DNA of 63,246 nucleotides, counting the filler, from Vannella sp. (lineage: Eukaryota): the NCBI GenBank assembly GCA_023345925.1. It is 6 parts of 6 records of this genome, joined end to end, with 100 filler letters (N's around TTAATTAATTAA, not from the genome) between each part and the next. Parts side by side here need not be neighbours in the genome. Positions count along the whole stretch, not along the records: positions 1 to 24,438 come from JAJQQN010000670.1; 5 more parts are not named here. One strand, 5' to 3'. Below the pieces are notes generated by a model that worked only from the letters and a program-made list of their open reading frames with translations, was not told the DNA's origin and did no database searches. Shown in pieces: positions 1-12,680 of this stretch. Each line of letters begins with the position of its first letter. Position 1 is the stretch's first letter. Made by a program: the position numbers and the translations under genes.

Positions 1-32
1 AAAACGCCAACCACAAACCGCGTTACCGCCAT
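1..32 (-). CDS. Possible 5' end of a gene running off the window (MAVTRFVVGV...)
   Basis: Minus-strand ATG at 32 followed by hydrophobic codons; duplicated CCAAT motifs lie just upstream. Only 10 codons visible. Confidence 0.3.
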   Translation of the reverse strand, partial: MAVTRFVVGV

Positions 33-59
33 CTTCGACCCACAAACTGAGGGAAGTCG

Positions 60-110
60 GCCCGCCCAATCAATATGGGCACCTCCAACATTCTGTGCCC
101 GCCCAATCAA
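60..110. promoter_or_regulatory. 14-bp direct repeat GCCCGCCCAATCAA (GC-box plus CCAAT box)
   Basis: Exact copies at 60-73 and 97-110. Confidence 0.5.
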
Positions 111-253
111 AATCAGCATCTCTGTTCATTATCTCGCTGAGGAAAAGGAAACTTCAGACTGATTAAAGGATAAACGAAAGTTTGGGTAGTCATAATGGCC
201 CGTTTATTATGGGATAGAGTAAACTGTGTTGTAAATCTTATTGCGACCGCCAG

Positions 254-1357
254 TCAGTTCGAGGATCCTGATTTGGTGGAGCGGGCACTCTTCTTCACTC
301 GGGGGACCGGAACTGGAGGACGAAGAGAAGGAGCAACGGGTGAGGGAGTGGGAAGGATCTGTTCTCGACAGCGTCCAAGTCCGAGTTGTCCAAAATAATT
401 GTTTCCAAAGACCAGCAGCTCTCCATCTATTCGCCGGGCCATCGAATGTCCAGAAGCAGCTCTCAGGCCTCTGATGCCCTCCAACGAAGTAATTAGAGTG
501 GGTCGGGGCCGATCGGAGTTGTCTCCAGTGCCTAAATTGGAATGATAGTTCCGTCCCCACCCCCAGACTCCGCCTTCTACGTCTAACGCCAGAGTATATG
601 AGGATCCGCAGGAGGCCAAAAGCATCGGAGGGAGATTGCTCAGTTTTTGGAACACGAATTCGTTCCCGGAGCGCCCCAGTTGGCCATACTCGTTGCTTCC
701 AGCAGTCCAAACGGTTCCCTCCGAATCAATTAGAAGGACAGAATGGTTCAAGGAGTCCAGGCACCGGAGAGGTCCTTTGGAGAGACCCTCCACCAGGACG
801 GAAGTCGGCTGGCGAACGCATTCGGTGTGGCCGAGGCCGAGTTGCCCGGTTTTGTTTGCACCTACAACCCATATTCCGCCCTCTCTGGCTTCGCCAACAA
901 AGTAGTTATATCCGCAAGCCACCTTGAGGAGCAGTGGGAAACCTTCCAACTTGCTTGTATGCGAACCAAACAAATCGGGGTGCCCGTTGGGGTTGTAGTC
1001 GCTGATCCTTCCCCAAAAATGTCCGTCCCTGTCCAGAGCGGCGCAAAGGTTAGGGCCTGCAGCCAACCTAGCGATGGGGGGAAACACTCCAACACGGTCC
1101 GGCGCCTTCTGAAAGGTGAGGTTACTCGATTCACTCGCGATAGATTTACCCGCTTCCCACACACCGCCATTTTGATCAAGTGCGAGGGAGAAGCTTTTTC
1201 CACAGACCACCTGAACTACCCGCAAGCCTTTCCACGGTACCTTTGTTGGCACTCTTCGATTCTTCGTGTCCCCAAGACCCAGTTGGCCCTCATCATTGTG
1301 CCCAAACGCCAGCAGACCCTCGAGAGAAAGGAGGAGCGTGTGGTTACCGAAGGGCAT
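254..1357 (-). CDS. RCC1/BLIP-II repeat beta-propeller protein, intronless
   Basis: Repeated GxNxxGQLGLG motifs (FGHNDEGQLGLG, GANKTGQLGLG, GSNEYGQLG, FGNNYFGQLGLG). Confidence 0.9.
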   Translation of the reverse strand: MPFGNHTLLLSLEGLLAFGHNDEGQLGLGDTKNRRVPTKVPWKGLRVVQVVCGKSFSLALDQNGGVWEAGKSIASESSNLTFQKAPDRVGVFPPIARLAAGPNLCAALDRDGHFWGRISDYNPNGHPDLFGSHTSKLEGFPLLLKVACGYNYFVGEAREGGIWVVGANKTGQLGLGHTECVRQPTSVLVEGLSKGPLRCLDSLNHSVLLIDSEGTVWTAGSNEYGQLGRSGNEFVFQKLSNLPPMLLASCGSSYTLALDVEGGVWGWGRNYHSNLGTGDNSDRPRPTLITSLEGIRGLRAASGHSMARRIDGELLVFGNNYFGQLGLGRCREQILPTPSPVAPSLRPPVPVPRVKKSARSTKSGSSN

Positions 1358-1420
1358 GAAAACTAGATTTCACCCGTAGAATCATTACAGACACACGAGA
1401 TGAAAACAGAAGAGAGGAGT

Positions 1421-1430
1421 GTCACGTGAC
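1421..1430. promoter_or_regulatory. Palindromic extended E-box GTCACGTGAC
   Basis: Perfect 10-bp palindrome between the divergent RCC1-repeat and GCN1 starts; recurs at 55929-55938. Confidence 0.45.
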
Positions 1431-1663
1431 GGTGGCGGGGGCATTTCCCCTTGTTTGGGTTGGGTCCTCTAACATCCAAAAAGTGAAAAAATGAAATCAG
1501 TCCAAAAGCTTATCCTGAAGAGATGGAGTTCATCAGGGCAAGCTACGCAAACACTAAGAAACCTCGGGGATTTTCTCTTGCTTCACGACGCGAGATTTAT
1601 CAGGTTTCTATTATTAATGGTGCCATTCCTCCAAAATGATTTTCGATGTCATTCCTTTGTTCG

Positions 1664-4600
1664 ATGGCCGAGGCAGTCGCGCCTCGGGAGTCTCCCGTTT
1701 GGTTGGAGCGTGTTTTTGTACAGCTTGGATCAAACTCGCTTAAACAGAGGGAGTCTGTGATCTATGGAACCCTCAAGGAGACGCTTCAGAGCGTGGTGGG
1801 TTAGTCACTAGTCCTGATCGCTGCTTGGGTCCTGATCAGAGCGGCTGGGAACAGATGAACAAGAGCCCAGGGATTGGGTCATTCTCTGTCGGGTGCTCCT
1901 CAAAGCCCTTCTCAAGTACAACACGCGGAGGGATCGATTTAACTTCCGCAGCATTGTCACTCTCGCGTCTTCTCTCCCCGAACCACGGGGATCTACCTTT
2001 GTGGCATGCTATGCTTCAGTCTTACGTGATATGGCTGCCATGTTGGAAGGTCCTGGTACTCACAGCATTGAGGGAACGTTCCTCTTCCTCTATGCTTCAA
2101 CACAGCTCCTTCAGGAGCAGTTCGCTCACTGCCAGACCGCAAGTGCAGTTTCCCCCTTACTTAACTCCCAAATTGCTGCTTTGAGACGGCTGGAAGAGCA
2201 CGTGAGCGAGCATCCGCACCCACGTTGGATCGCATGTCGCCGCTCTTGTGAGCTTCTGGTGCTTGCCTTACGGAAAGGGACACCGGAGTTCTTTCTGGCG
2301 TACAAGGAGCGCTTCCAGAAAGAGAGGGCTTCGCTTCCTTTGACATTTTCGGCTTTGTTTGCTTCCGCCGCTTCTGTTTGCCCTCAAGGACAAGATCTAC
2401 GAGTAAGTGCCCCCTCTTACGACTGAACAGCATCCTGATGACTCTACTTTGCAGGCAGATCTCGCGAAAGCGTTCGAGGCGGTTCTTCTTGGCTCAACCA
2501 CGCCTTCCCCGCTCGCTCTGCAAGCATTCCGGGGCTATCTGGCATCTTTGAACCTTGAAGAGACCTCTCTCCTACTCCCTGTGATCAAACGCGCCTTCGC
2601 TCGTAACCCCAAAGCGGCCTGCGCTCCTGGTTTGGCAGCTTTGGGAGGATTCAAAGTCCCTCTGGACTCGCTCCTCGCAGAGATCTTTGCTTCAGTGCAA
2701 CCAGCACTCAAGATCGATAGCGCCTCTGTCCTGACTCCCACTTGCAAGCTTCTCCGTGTCCAACTGGAGACGGGTGAGGAAGGGGCTGCGATCGAGGTGG
2801 TGAAGGCTATTGGGCACTTCAGTGAGGATCGGGCTCTGAAAGAGATCTGCCGTACATCTCTCTTTGATCTGATACGCTCCTTGGCACCCCGATTCTCTGC
2901 TGCTGCAGCAGAGATCATCAATAGCCTTCTGACCAGCTACAAGACGCTGAGTGAGTCCTCCTGCTCCGTCTTGTGCCTTCTCTGACCATCCACCTTAGCA
3001 AATGAAGTCTTAAAGAGCCAATGCATGGCTGCGATCAGTGCTTGGCTGTCCGTGGCAGAAGAACTTCCACCTTCAATGACTGCGTTCCTCCCTGGCGCTT
3101 TGGGACAACCAGCCAGTCGCTCCTTTGTCCTTCCCGTTCTTGCGTCTGCTCTTTCAAATCGTTCTCTCCGCCCTGAAGCGACTAGCCTCTTCCCCACGCT
3201 TGTCAAGCTGCTCGCCCAGCCCCCAAAGCCTGCTGCTCGCCAGGAGTACCTTCAAGCCTTCCTCTGCGCCACTCAATTAGCTGCACAAGACACTTCTCTC
3301 CTTCCTCAACTCGAGAAGCCCCTTCAAGATGCCAGTTCCTTCCTTTTCAACGCGGACTTCCAAGAGAAGCTTGGAACCGAGGGGAGAGTCCTCTTAGTCC
3401 AGCTCTGTGGTGTTGCACTTGAGGAAAGAGCTCTACCTCGTCTATCAGATCACGAGAAAGAGCTTACACGGCTTCTCTGCCGCTCATCGATTCATCTGGA
3501 GGTGGAAGTCCAACAGGCTGCCACTGCCTTCCTCACACGCCTTTCTGCTGCAGTTCCAAGGCTCTCAGAAACGTTCTTCGAGGTGATTGACGCCTCTCTG
3601 ATCGCCTGGGAGGCTCAAGGGGATCAATCAAAGCGCCCAGCCCCTCGCAATCTCCAGAACATTCTTCGCACAGTATTGCGGAGGGTAGATGTGCCAAGTG
3701 CTCTGTTCCCTGCACTCATCCTGATGCTCAGCCACCCGTTCGTGACCCCTTCTGCGAGTGTCTTGGCCATCCGTAACATCTGGCAAGCTATTGAACTGGC
3801 TCAGCCAACTGGCCCTGTCGCTGAACTGCACCAAGCCATAGCAGATGTGGTGATTGCTCGCTCTCTTCTCCACACTAATGGCTCCCAGTACAATGTTACA
3901 GGTCTCCGAGCCGCTCAATTCCTTTCAGTTGAATATCCCAAAGCAGCATTGCTCGTAGTTGGAGCAGGTCTCCGTGGGATTGAGAGTACCGAAGTCCAGA
4001 AGCTGTCCAAGTCAGAGATTGAGATATTCCTGACCCCAGAGGGCGCCCTTTTCGACACCAGCGTGGCTGACAAGCAATATCTGAGCCGAACGGAGTCAAA
4101 GACCGTAGCAGCACCTCGAGGAGCGCCTCCAGCCAAGGGCAAAACTGCGCCTCCTCCCAGCAAGGGTGCAAAGGGGAAAGGGCCAACGAAAGAGGAGCTG
4201 GAAGCCGAAAAGATCGCAAACCAGCTGGCAAAAGAAAGTGAAATTCGCCGTCGCGTCAGCGAGCGAGTGTCCAACACAAAAGCCTATTTTGACTTGCTAA
4301 CAGCTTTGCTGGAGGCGCCGGGAGGGACCACTGTGGGTTATGTTGATTTTGCTCGGCTATCTGACTTGGCTTTGATTCTTATCAATCATCGACTGGTGCG
4401 TGAGACTGTTCTAAGATGTCACCGAGCTTTGGCCTGCTCCACTTGCTTTGCTCCTCGATTGGGACAGCGGATTGGGGGACTGGCACAACGCCTTTTCGAT
4501 GCAGAGAGCAGCCAATTCCTCTATTCAGATCTTGTGGGAGCCCTGGCGACAGTTATCACGAAGCTCCTCGCTCAGGCAACAGCCAAACCCCTCGATGTAG

Positions 4601-7600
4601 CTTCTTATGTGTATGCATCTCCTCTTATTGAGACGGCTTTGCTGCGCCCTAGCACCTTCCGAATGCAAGCAAACGCAATGAGCCTCTTCGAGAAGCATGT
4701 GGGACCTTCCTATCCCCCTGTCCGACCTCTTTCCTCCTTGCTAGCAGCAATTACGAAGGATATGATGACGGAAAGGGCACAAGCTTGCATTGTGCAAATC
4801 TGTGAAGTCGCCCCACCTGGGGAGTTCCCTGCTCCTCTGCTTTCTGGTTGCTATTCGCCTATTCCTTCTGTCCGCCGAGCTTGTCTTTTGGGACTTTCTG
4901 AGTTGGATGCGCTCGATGATGCCACTGCAGCAAACCCCCAAGTGACTGGCACTTTGTGGTTTGCTAGACAAGATGAAAGCAACAGTGAAGTGGCACAGGA
5001 AGTGTGGGAGTTGTATGGTCAGTCGCCTCCCAGTGACTTTGAACCTATTTATCAGCTCTTCCACCAGACTGAGTCGTTTGTTCGGGTGACTGCAGGCCGA
5101 GCTGTTGCGCAAGGTGTTGTAGCCCATGGTGCAAGCAACTCCACTCTTGCAAAGGAGACACTGGACCGCCTTATGGCATTGTACGAGACCTACCTTCCTC
5201 CTGAGCCAGTCATGACCGTCCGTGGACTTGAATATGCAGATGACTTGGCAGTGGGACCTCGCCAGGCAGTTGCAGTGGCTCTCCAAGAGTTCAGTGCCGT
5301 AGCTATGGCCCCCACAGATGTCATCCGCTTCCTCAAGTTCCTCACTGAAACTGGTCCTCTCATGGACGGTGACTCAAACGTTCGCCGAGGCATGATTGAG
5401 GCCGGAGTTCGTGCTGTCGAAAGCTTTGGTGAAGATCAGCACGAAGCCATCCTCGCCCACTGTGAGCAATGTCTGACCGATGCCTCGCACAGTGTTTCTG
5501 GTACTCTCTTGCGGGAGGCCATCGCTGTGTTCCTGGGTGCATTGGCAAAGAAGTTCGACCTCGGACCAACCACAATGGGTGTAGTTATTGAGCGCCTGCT
5601 GACAGCTCTAGACACTCCTTCTCAAGAGGTGCAGATTACCATCTCTGAGTCTCTCAGTCCCCTCTTCAAGGCCGCTAAGGCAGACGCCCCTCGCTTCCTC
5701 GAAACTCTCTTCGCCAAGCTGGCTTCCGGACAGTCCGAGACACACCAGCGCAGAGGCGCTGCCTATGGTATTGCTGCCATGGGAAAGGGGTTGGGTGTTC
5801 CTGGTCTCTCTTCATTGAAGATAATGGATCGCCTGAAGGAGTTTGTGGAGAACAAGCGCTCCGTCAATGCCCGAGAAGGTGCTTTAATCGCTTTTGAGTG
5901 CCTATCCCGCCGAATGCAGAGAGGATTTGAGGCGTCTGCTATCTCAAAGCTGAGCCTGCTTCTTGCCTGTTACAGTGACAACTCTGCAGTTGTACGGACT
6001 GCTGCTGCGCGTGCATCGAAGGAGATTATGAGCCAACTGAGCAACCATGGTGTGAAGAGAGTCGTTCCTCCTCTGATTGAGGCCCTTGAAGACCGCCAGT
6101 GGCGAACACAGACTGCTGCAGCTGAGCTTCTCGGTAGCATGGCTTTCTGTGCGCCTAAACAGCTCTCTGCCTGCTTGCCTCAGATCGTTCCACCCCTCAT
6201 CATCACCTTAACATCCACCCACCAAGAGGTTTGCAAGTCAGGGAAGGCTGCTCTGGGTCACATTGCTTCGGTTATTCGAAACCCAGAGGTGCAAGTCCAC
6301 GTTCCCGTGTTGCTCAAGGCCCTGGATAACCCTGGTGTCTATCTTGAGGATGCCCTGTTGAAGCTGATTGAGACTTCCTATGTCCATGTCATTGACGCTC
6401 CTTCCTTAGCTCTCCTAATGCCAGTCCTCCAACGAGGGCTCCATTCCACCCGCACCACATCAACAAAGAAGAAGGCGGCACAGATTATTGGAAACATGAC
6501 AAAGCTTGCCGACCACGCTGACTTGGTTCCATACCTTTCCGTCCTCGTGCCATGCCTGCGTGGCACTTTAGTTGATCTCATTCCTCAGACCCGCTCGGCA
6601 TCCGCTGCGGCTTTGGGATATCTGGTGAAGGGACTGGGTGAGGAGCAGTTCCCTGACCTTGTAGATGAGTTATTACAACAGTTGAAAGCTGCTGAAGGCG
6701 GCATTGTGCGCAGTGGTGCTGCTCAGGGCTTGTCCCAGGTGTTTGCTGCTCTTGAGAATGCCAGATTTGACACCTTCTTGCCCACAATGCTGCTCCATGC
6801 CAATCACTCCGAAGCATCTATTCGAGAAGGTGCTATGAGCTTCTTTGTCTTCATTCCTGCCGCCTTCGAGGCTCGCTTGGAGCCTTATCTTCCTCGCGTC
6901 CTCCCTGCGGTCCTCCAGGGGCTTGCTGATGACTCTGAGGGTGTTCGTGATGCCTCATTGCGGGCGGGCCATGCTGTCATCAGCCAGTACGGTACAACCG
7001 CTATTGAGAATCTCCTGCCACTTCTTAACAGCGGCCTTTCTAACCCTAACTGGCGTATTCGCCAGTCCTCTGTCACCCTCCTGGGTGACTTGCTCAATAA
7101 GATCTCGGGCGCTGACACTGAGGACGATGAGGCTAAGGAAGAGGACAGTGACGACGAAGGTGAGGACACTGTGGAGACTGTTAAGGCTTCTGCGCGCATC
7201 TTAGCCTCCGTACTTGGCGAGCAGAAGCACCGTGAAGTGCTGTCTGCTCTTTACCTTATCCGCAATGATCCTGTCCGGTCAGTGCAACATCAGGCACTGC
7301 TGGTTTGGAAGACAGCTGTGCCTAACACTCCTGCAACACTCCGAGAGATCCTCCCTGTGCTCTTGAAACGCATTATCGAATGCCTTGGTCATGCTGATGA
7401 CGAGCAGCGCCACGTGGGATCGCATTCTCTTGGTGACTTGGTGTCGCGACTCCCTCAACGCATTCTGCCCACCATTGTGCCACTTATTGAAGAAGGGCTG
7501 AACTCTCGCGCCGTGGTCACTCGCCAAGGCGTTTGTCTTGGTCTCTCCGAGATTGTTAAGGCCTCCCGACGCCACACTTTGGGTCAGTATCTTGACCGCT

Positions 7601-9567
7601 TGATCCCTTGCCTTCGTAAGGCTCTTTGTGATAGCTCCGAGGACGTTCGAGAAGCAGCTGTTCTCGCTTTTACTGCCATGTTGAAGACTATCGGCCCCAC
7701 CATCATTGACGAGGTGCTGCCAGCCCTTCTGGAAGAGATTAGCGAGAATCACTCGGCGGCGGCTCTTTTGGGACTTCGGGAGATTCTTGGTTCTCATGCC
7801 AAGGTGATCCTTCCCCACTTAGTACCGAATCTGCTTGCTGAACCGCTCAATGCGAGCAAGTTCCGCGCGTTGGCATCGATGGCAGAGGTGTCTGGCCTCC
7901 ATCTTAAGTCCCACATGACTTCCATTCTCCGCCGGATGTTCCCCATTCTCGATTCAGCAGAGCCTGGCTCGGAAGAGTCTGAGTCTGTTAATCATGTGCT
8001 TGAAGCCATCGTAGTCTCTTGCAAGATAGACACTTTGCCAGGGCTGATAAGCGACATTCTTCGTTTCTCTAAGGCTCAGGAACCACTTCCTATGCAACGA
8101 GGTGCAGCTCAATTAATGTATTTACTAGCTGCCAAGGGTACTGTTGACTTCTCGTCCTATACTGGCCAGCTACTGCACGAACTGATAACCAACTTGGCTC
8201 ATGAGGACGACGTTGTCCGCCAAATCTCTCTCCACGCTCTTGATAAGCTGGTGGCGTCTGTTCCTAAAGATGACTTGGTCAATCATGTCTATGACATGGA
8301 GAGACTCCTTCGAGCATTCCTTCAGACATATCAGGACAACGAGGACATCCGGTATCTTCCAGGATTCTCTCTGCCCAAGGGCGCCATCCCGCTCCTCAAT
8401 ATCGCACTCCAAGGCCTTCGCTTTGGTTCTCCTCAAGTGCGAGAGCTGTCTGCGATTGCTTTGGGCCAGCTCATTCTCTTGACTGACCCCCAGCAAATGC
8501 GTCCGTACGTGGCGTTGATTGCCGGACCGCTTATTCGAGTGATGGGAGACCGATTCTCTGAGTCAGTCAAGGCGGCTATTCTGCGCACAATGGGGCTTCT
8601 ATTGGATCGGGCAGGGGCACATTGCAAGCCATTCGTCATGCAATTGCAGACAACATTCATCCGTTCTCTCTCGGATCCGTCGGAGAAGGTCCGAGTGGCG
8701 GCAGCTGATGACTTGGGCAAGTTAGTGACTCTGTCTGCTCGTGTGGAGCAACTAGTGACCGAACTGCTCAACACCTTTGCCACTGCTGAGGCAGAGCGCA
8801 AAGATACTTTCCTCCAGGCCTTGGCAAGCGTGATGCGCTCTGGTGCAGCTGTCCCAGAGAAGACTTTGCTTCAACTGGAGGAGAAGATGACCGAACAACT
8901 CTTCGCTCTCTCTGCCGGTCAACGTTTGCGGGCGGATGCGTTAGCGGAAGTAGCTGGCTTAGCTCTTCAAAGTCTGCCTGAACAACGCTTCAGCTCTGCT
9001 TTGAAGGGCATTCAATCCTGCGATATCACTGTCCAGTCTGCCGCTCTCATGCAGTTGCTCCGACACTGTCCTATTCACTTTAGCAGCACCGCTGCTCAGC
9101 TGACTGCTTTGAAGAACCTCGACGCTTCTGTGGCCTCCAAGGACGACCAAGTGCGTCATAACGCATCAGAATCGATCAAGGCCATTGCCCAGCATCCCGG
9201 TGCCAACAGCTTCTGGCAAGCACAACAAAGCACTCTCGTGAAGCATTTAGTGACTCTTCTGGAAGACTCCACGTCCTCCAATAAGCTGTCCGCTCTGGAA
9301 ACTCTCAAGTCCTTCGCTAAGGCATCCCCGACTGGCGTTGTTCCTTATCTGGGCCAACTTGTTCCTGTCCTTATGGAGCGAGTCAAAGACCGCAGCTCTT
9401 TGCCTGTGAAGCTGGCATCCGAGAGAACTCTGTTCTATGTGCTGCAAGTGAAGAGCAACCCCGCTGTTCTCGAAGACTTTACTGCCACACTCAGACCAAC
9501 GGAGGCGCGTCCCATTCAAGACTACTGCAAACGCGTTCTCTCCAAACTTGGTGAGGACGAGGAGTAA
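1664..9567 (+). CDS. GCN1: GCN1 translational activator (HEAT repeats), 4 exons; introns 1800-1854, 2403-2454, 2951-2998
   Basis: Hallmark segments ALDTPSQEVQ, RRGAAYGIA, LLGSMAFCAPKQLSACLPQIVP, NWRIRQSSVTLLGDLL, IAGPLIRVMGDRF; GT-AG introns join the frames exactly. Confidence 0.95.
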
Positions 9568-9694
9568 TCCAATCAACCGCTTCCCCGTTCCCTTTCCCTC
9601 CGCTAAAGAGATCTTCTTCCTTCACTCGGGCGGGGTTCTGATTCTCCAAGTGGAAGCGAGGCTGTTGCAGAAGGGAGATGGGATAGCAACAAGT

Positions 9695-10193
9695 CTACAT
9701 TATGATACACTTTCCTTCTGCTTTGGGGACAGCTGGGGGACTGTCCTCTTGAAGGGGCGGGGGAAGTTTGTCAACGTCTGCAGAGAGAGCGGCTCGAGAC
9801 TTGCTGACATCAACCAGCTCAGTGAGCTTCTCAGAGAAGAAGGAGACGCAAGCAACAGACTCTGCAGTGGAGCTGGGCTCCGATTCGAAGTCTTCCAAAG
9901 CTTCATGGATGCTTCGGACTTGCGTGATACGTTTGCTGAGAGCTTCTTCCAGTTTGAGATCGCGAGAGAGCGAGGAAAAGGACTTTTGTTGGAGAAGAAG
10001 GAGGATCGTCTCCTCCGCGTCGACGCCCGCGATCAATTGGCTCCGAACTGGCTCGATTAAAGAAGCTATTGCTTCGTCAGTCTTCGAACCCAGTTCCCAA
10101 GACGTTCATCTCACCCAGGACTTCTCCCTCCTCTTGAACGACCAATGACAGCTTTTCCATCGCCGCCTTGAAGGCGGCTGGGTCAAAGGGCAT
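9695..10193 (-). CDS. Small helical orphan protein (~150 aa) ending in CaaX (GKCIIM); intron 10066-10114
   Basis: ATG 10193 (MPFDPAAFKAAMEK); a 49-bp GTGAG..TAG intron restores frame with ORF 9695..10036; terminal CIIM. Confidence 0.75.
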
Positions 10194-10379
10194 GATAGAA
10201 ATGGATTAATTAGTTAATAATTAAAGAATGTGTTGTTGTGCAAGACAGGAAAGAATGTTGTATGTGGACGAAGCCAAAATGAAACTTCTTCTGTGATTGG
10301 TGGAAAGATATTCTTTTCGGCCAATCGCAGGAATGAGCGAAACCGTTGCAGTGGAGGGAACGGCTCATTTTCCTCTGTC

Positions 10380-10969
10380 ATGTCCAGCGAGGAGAGCGAG
10401 ACCCCCACAGGATCCGAGAGCGCCACCGGGTCTGGTAGGTGACACTACTGATTATGAGGAACCCCTTCTTATGGCGTCGGTTTAGGAAGTGGAAGCGCCA
10501 GTGGAAGCGGAAGCGGAAGCGGCTCCGGCTCTGGTTCTGAGTCTGGAAGCGGAAGTGGAAGTGGCTCTGGAAGTGGCTCCGGAAGCGGCTCTGGAAGCGG
10601 CTCTGGTAGCGGCTCTGGAAGTGGTTCAGGAAGCGGCTCAAGTTCTGGAAGCGGAAGCGGCTCTGGCAGTGGTTCCGAGACTGGAAGCAGCAGTGGCTCA
10701 GAGTCTGAGTCTGGCTCCAGTTCTGATGGCTCTGGAAGTGCGGACGACTCTGACTCAGGCAAGAAGAAGCCGGCTACAAAGAGTAAGGTTCTGCCATTCC
10801 TCCGCGTTCCCCATCTAACTCTACAGTAGGCGTAGACACCAAGAAGCCTGCTGAAACCAAGAAGCCTGCAGAAACCAAGAAAGCTGGAGATAGCAAGCCC
10901 AAGAAGGGAGAGATTTCCGAGGAGGAAGGCGACGACAAGAAGAAGAAGGGTTGTTGCCTTGTCATGTAA
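10380..10969 (+). CDS. Gly/Ser-repeat disordered protein with polybasic CCaaX tail (KKKKGCCLVM), 3 exons
   Basis: ATG 10380; introns 10435-10485 and 10783-10826 (CTAAC branch point); spliced frame reads MSSEESETPTGSESATGS-(GS)n-ADDSDSGKKKPATK...TKKPAETKKPAETKK...DDKKKKGCCLVM*. Confidence 0.8.
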
Positions 10970-11161
10970 CTTATAAGAACACCTCGCGCGGTGACCATAC
11001 GCTTCCCCATAATATATCCCGGTCTAATGAACACGCTCCGAGCCTGTCTGATTTACTACACATTTGCGCGTGTGTGGACGCCCTTTCAGCCTCCTACCTC
11101 TCAGCTCACTTGCTGTAAGCATGTGCAAAGCTGATCTCATTACTTTGAGAAGCGTTTATTG

Positions 11162-12375
11162 CTAAGGAGGAGAGGTACGAGGCTTCTTGAGAGGAGGCTC
11201 TGTGGAAGGGTCGTTCTGCGGCTCTCCATCCAAGAGCTTGTCTGAGGTGGTCTCGTTCGTGGGTTGCTTCGTCTTCTTCTTGATCCATTGTGTGAAGTGT
11301 CCCTCGCCCTTTTGATTGATGGTGGGCTCTCGCTTGAAGGCCCTGCGACGAGCGTTTGATAACCAGTTGTTGAGTTGGGCAAGAGTGAGACCTGTCGCCT
11401 CACATAACGTCGTCTTTTCTTCGTCCGTAGGATAAGGCTTCATGAGGTTGGCCAACATCCATTGGCGGAGGATGTTTGTGGCCCCTTTGGGGTGGAGATG
11501 TCTCTTTCCAGTGGTGAAGAGAATACCCCCATTGAAGCGATCATCCAAAGGCGTTGGTGTGGAGGTGATAGCGTCAGGAGTGTTTGAGGACGCGTGGGAA
11601 GGTGAAGAGTGAAGGTGGCTCCCGTTCACTTCATTTGGCGAACTGGAGAGGCTGTGGAGAAGACTTGGCGGATTCGGTGGTAAAGGGCGTAGCGTTGGCC
11701 TGCAAGAGCTTATGACGCTGTCATCACTGGCTGCTGATTGGCCTAGCAAGTAGGAAACGGGAAGTTGAAGTTGATTCGTAGCCACTGCCATTGGCTCCCC
11801 GGGTAGTTGCTTAGCTTCAAAAGAAGTTTCTTGTCCCACCACGACCACACCTGTCATCGAACCATGTGATCCCGGAACGAGCTGACACAAAGTGGCGTTC
11901 CGAAGGAACTGAATCTCAACCAACATAGCATTAAATCGCTGTTCCCAGCTTTTTTCCATCACCGAGCAATAATTAGTGAGCTTTTGAAAGGTTAGGAAAA
12001 GGAAAAGGTGATCCCAAGAGAAGGTTCTTCACTGACTCTGGTTAATGAGGAGCGGAGAAGGCGTATTTCACTTTGCAGTTGAGAGAGGCAAGGTTCTTCA
12101 GAGCCAGTGGGCCTTTGCTGATGTTCGGAAGGGCTGGGAAGTGGGAGAACTTGTGAACTCTCAAAGTTTGAGGGATCAGATTGAGGTTGGGGCTTGTTGG
12201 GGAGTATGAAAGCCGACTCTGTGTTAGTGAGAGGTTCAAGGTGCTGCTCACTACTGGGAAATGCGAAGTCTGGCTCAGGAGGCGGAGGATCGCTTTCTTT
12301 TGATACTGGAGCTCCCGGCAGTAGTTCGTTGTCGTCTTCCTCCGTGTCAGAATCAGAGTAAGTATCCCTTTCCAT
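11162..12375 (-). CDS. TALE-class homeodomain transcription factor, 2 exons (intron ~11981-12036)
   Basis: ATNILRQWMLANLMKPYPTDEEKTTLCEATGLTLAQLNNWLSNARRR has the PYP loop and helix-3 WxxNxRRR. Confidence 0.9.
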
Positions 12376-12680
12376 CCAATCAGCCTCCTCCTCCGAGGAC
12401 CACTCGGTAAATCTCCCCGTTGAGCGGCGACGAGGTCTCGTGTTGTACCTTTTTGTCTACCACGCCAATTAGCGGACCCACCCAGCCCTCCCCTAGCCCC
12501 CTTACATTCTCATTTACTCCTCCCACCTCATCAACAGAGATCTGAGCCATCAGAAGTTCGCTGCCGAAAGGAGATGACAACCAAGTGATTACACAGCCCC
12601 CTTCTGATTGGTCCATCCTCGTGCGTCCTGTCACTTGTCATTCCGGCAAGAGGATGTTACTTTATCGGGTTATTGGAAGA

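Noticed and set aside
10469..10818. Pro/Glu-rich (PEPL)n and Ala/Glu-rich ORFs
   Set aside because: Antisense and off-frame shadows of the (GS)n exon; the splice signals and CaaX end support the Gly/Ser frame.
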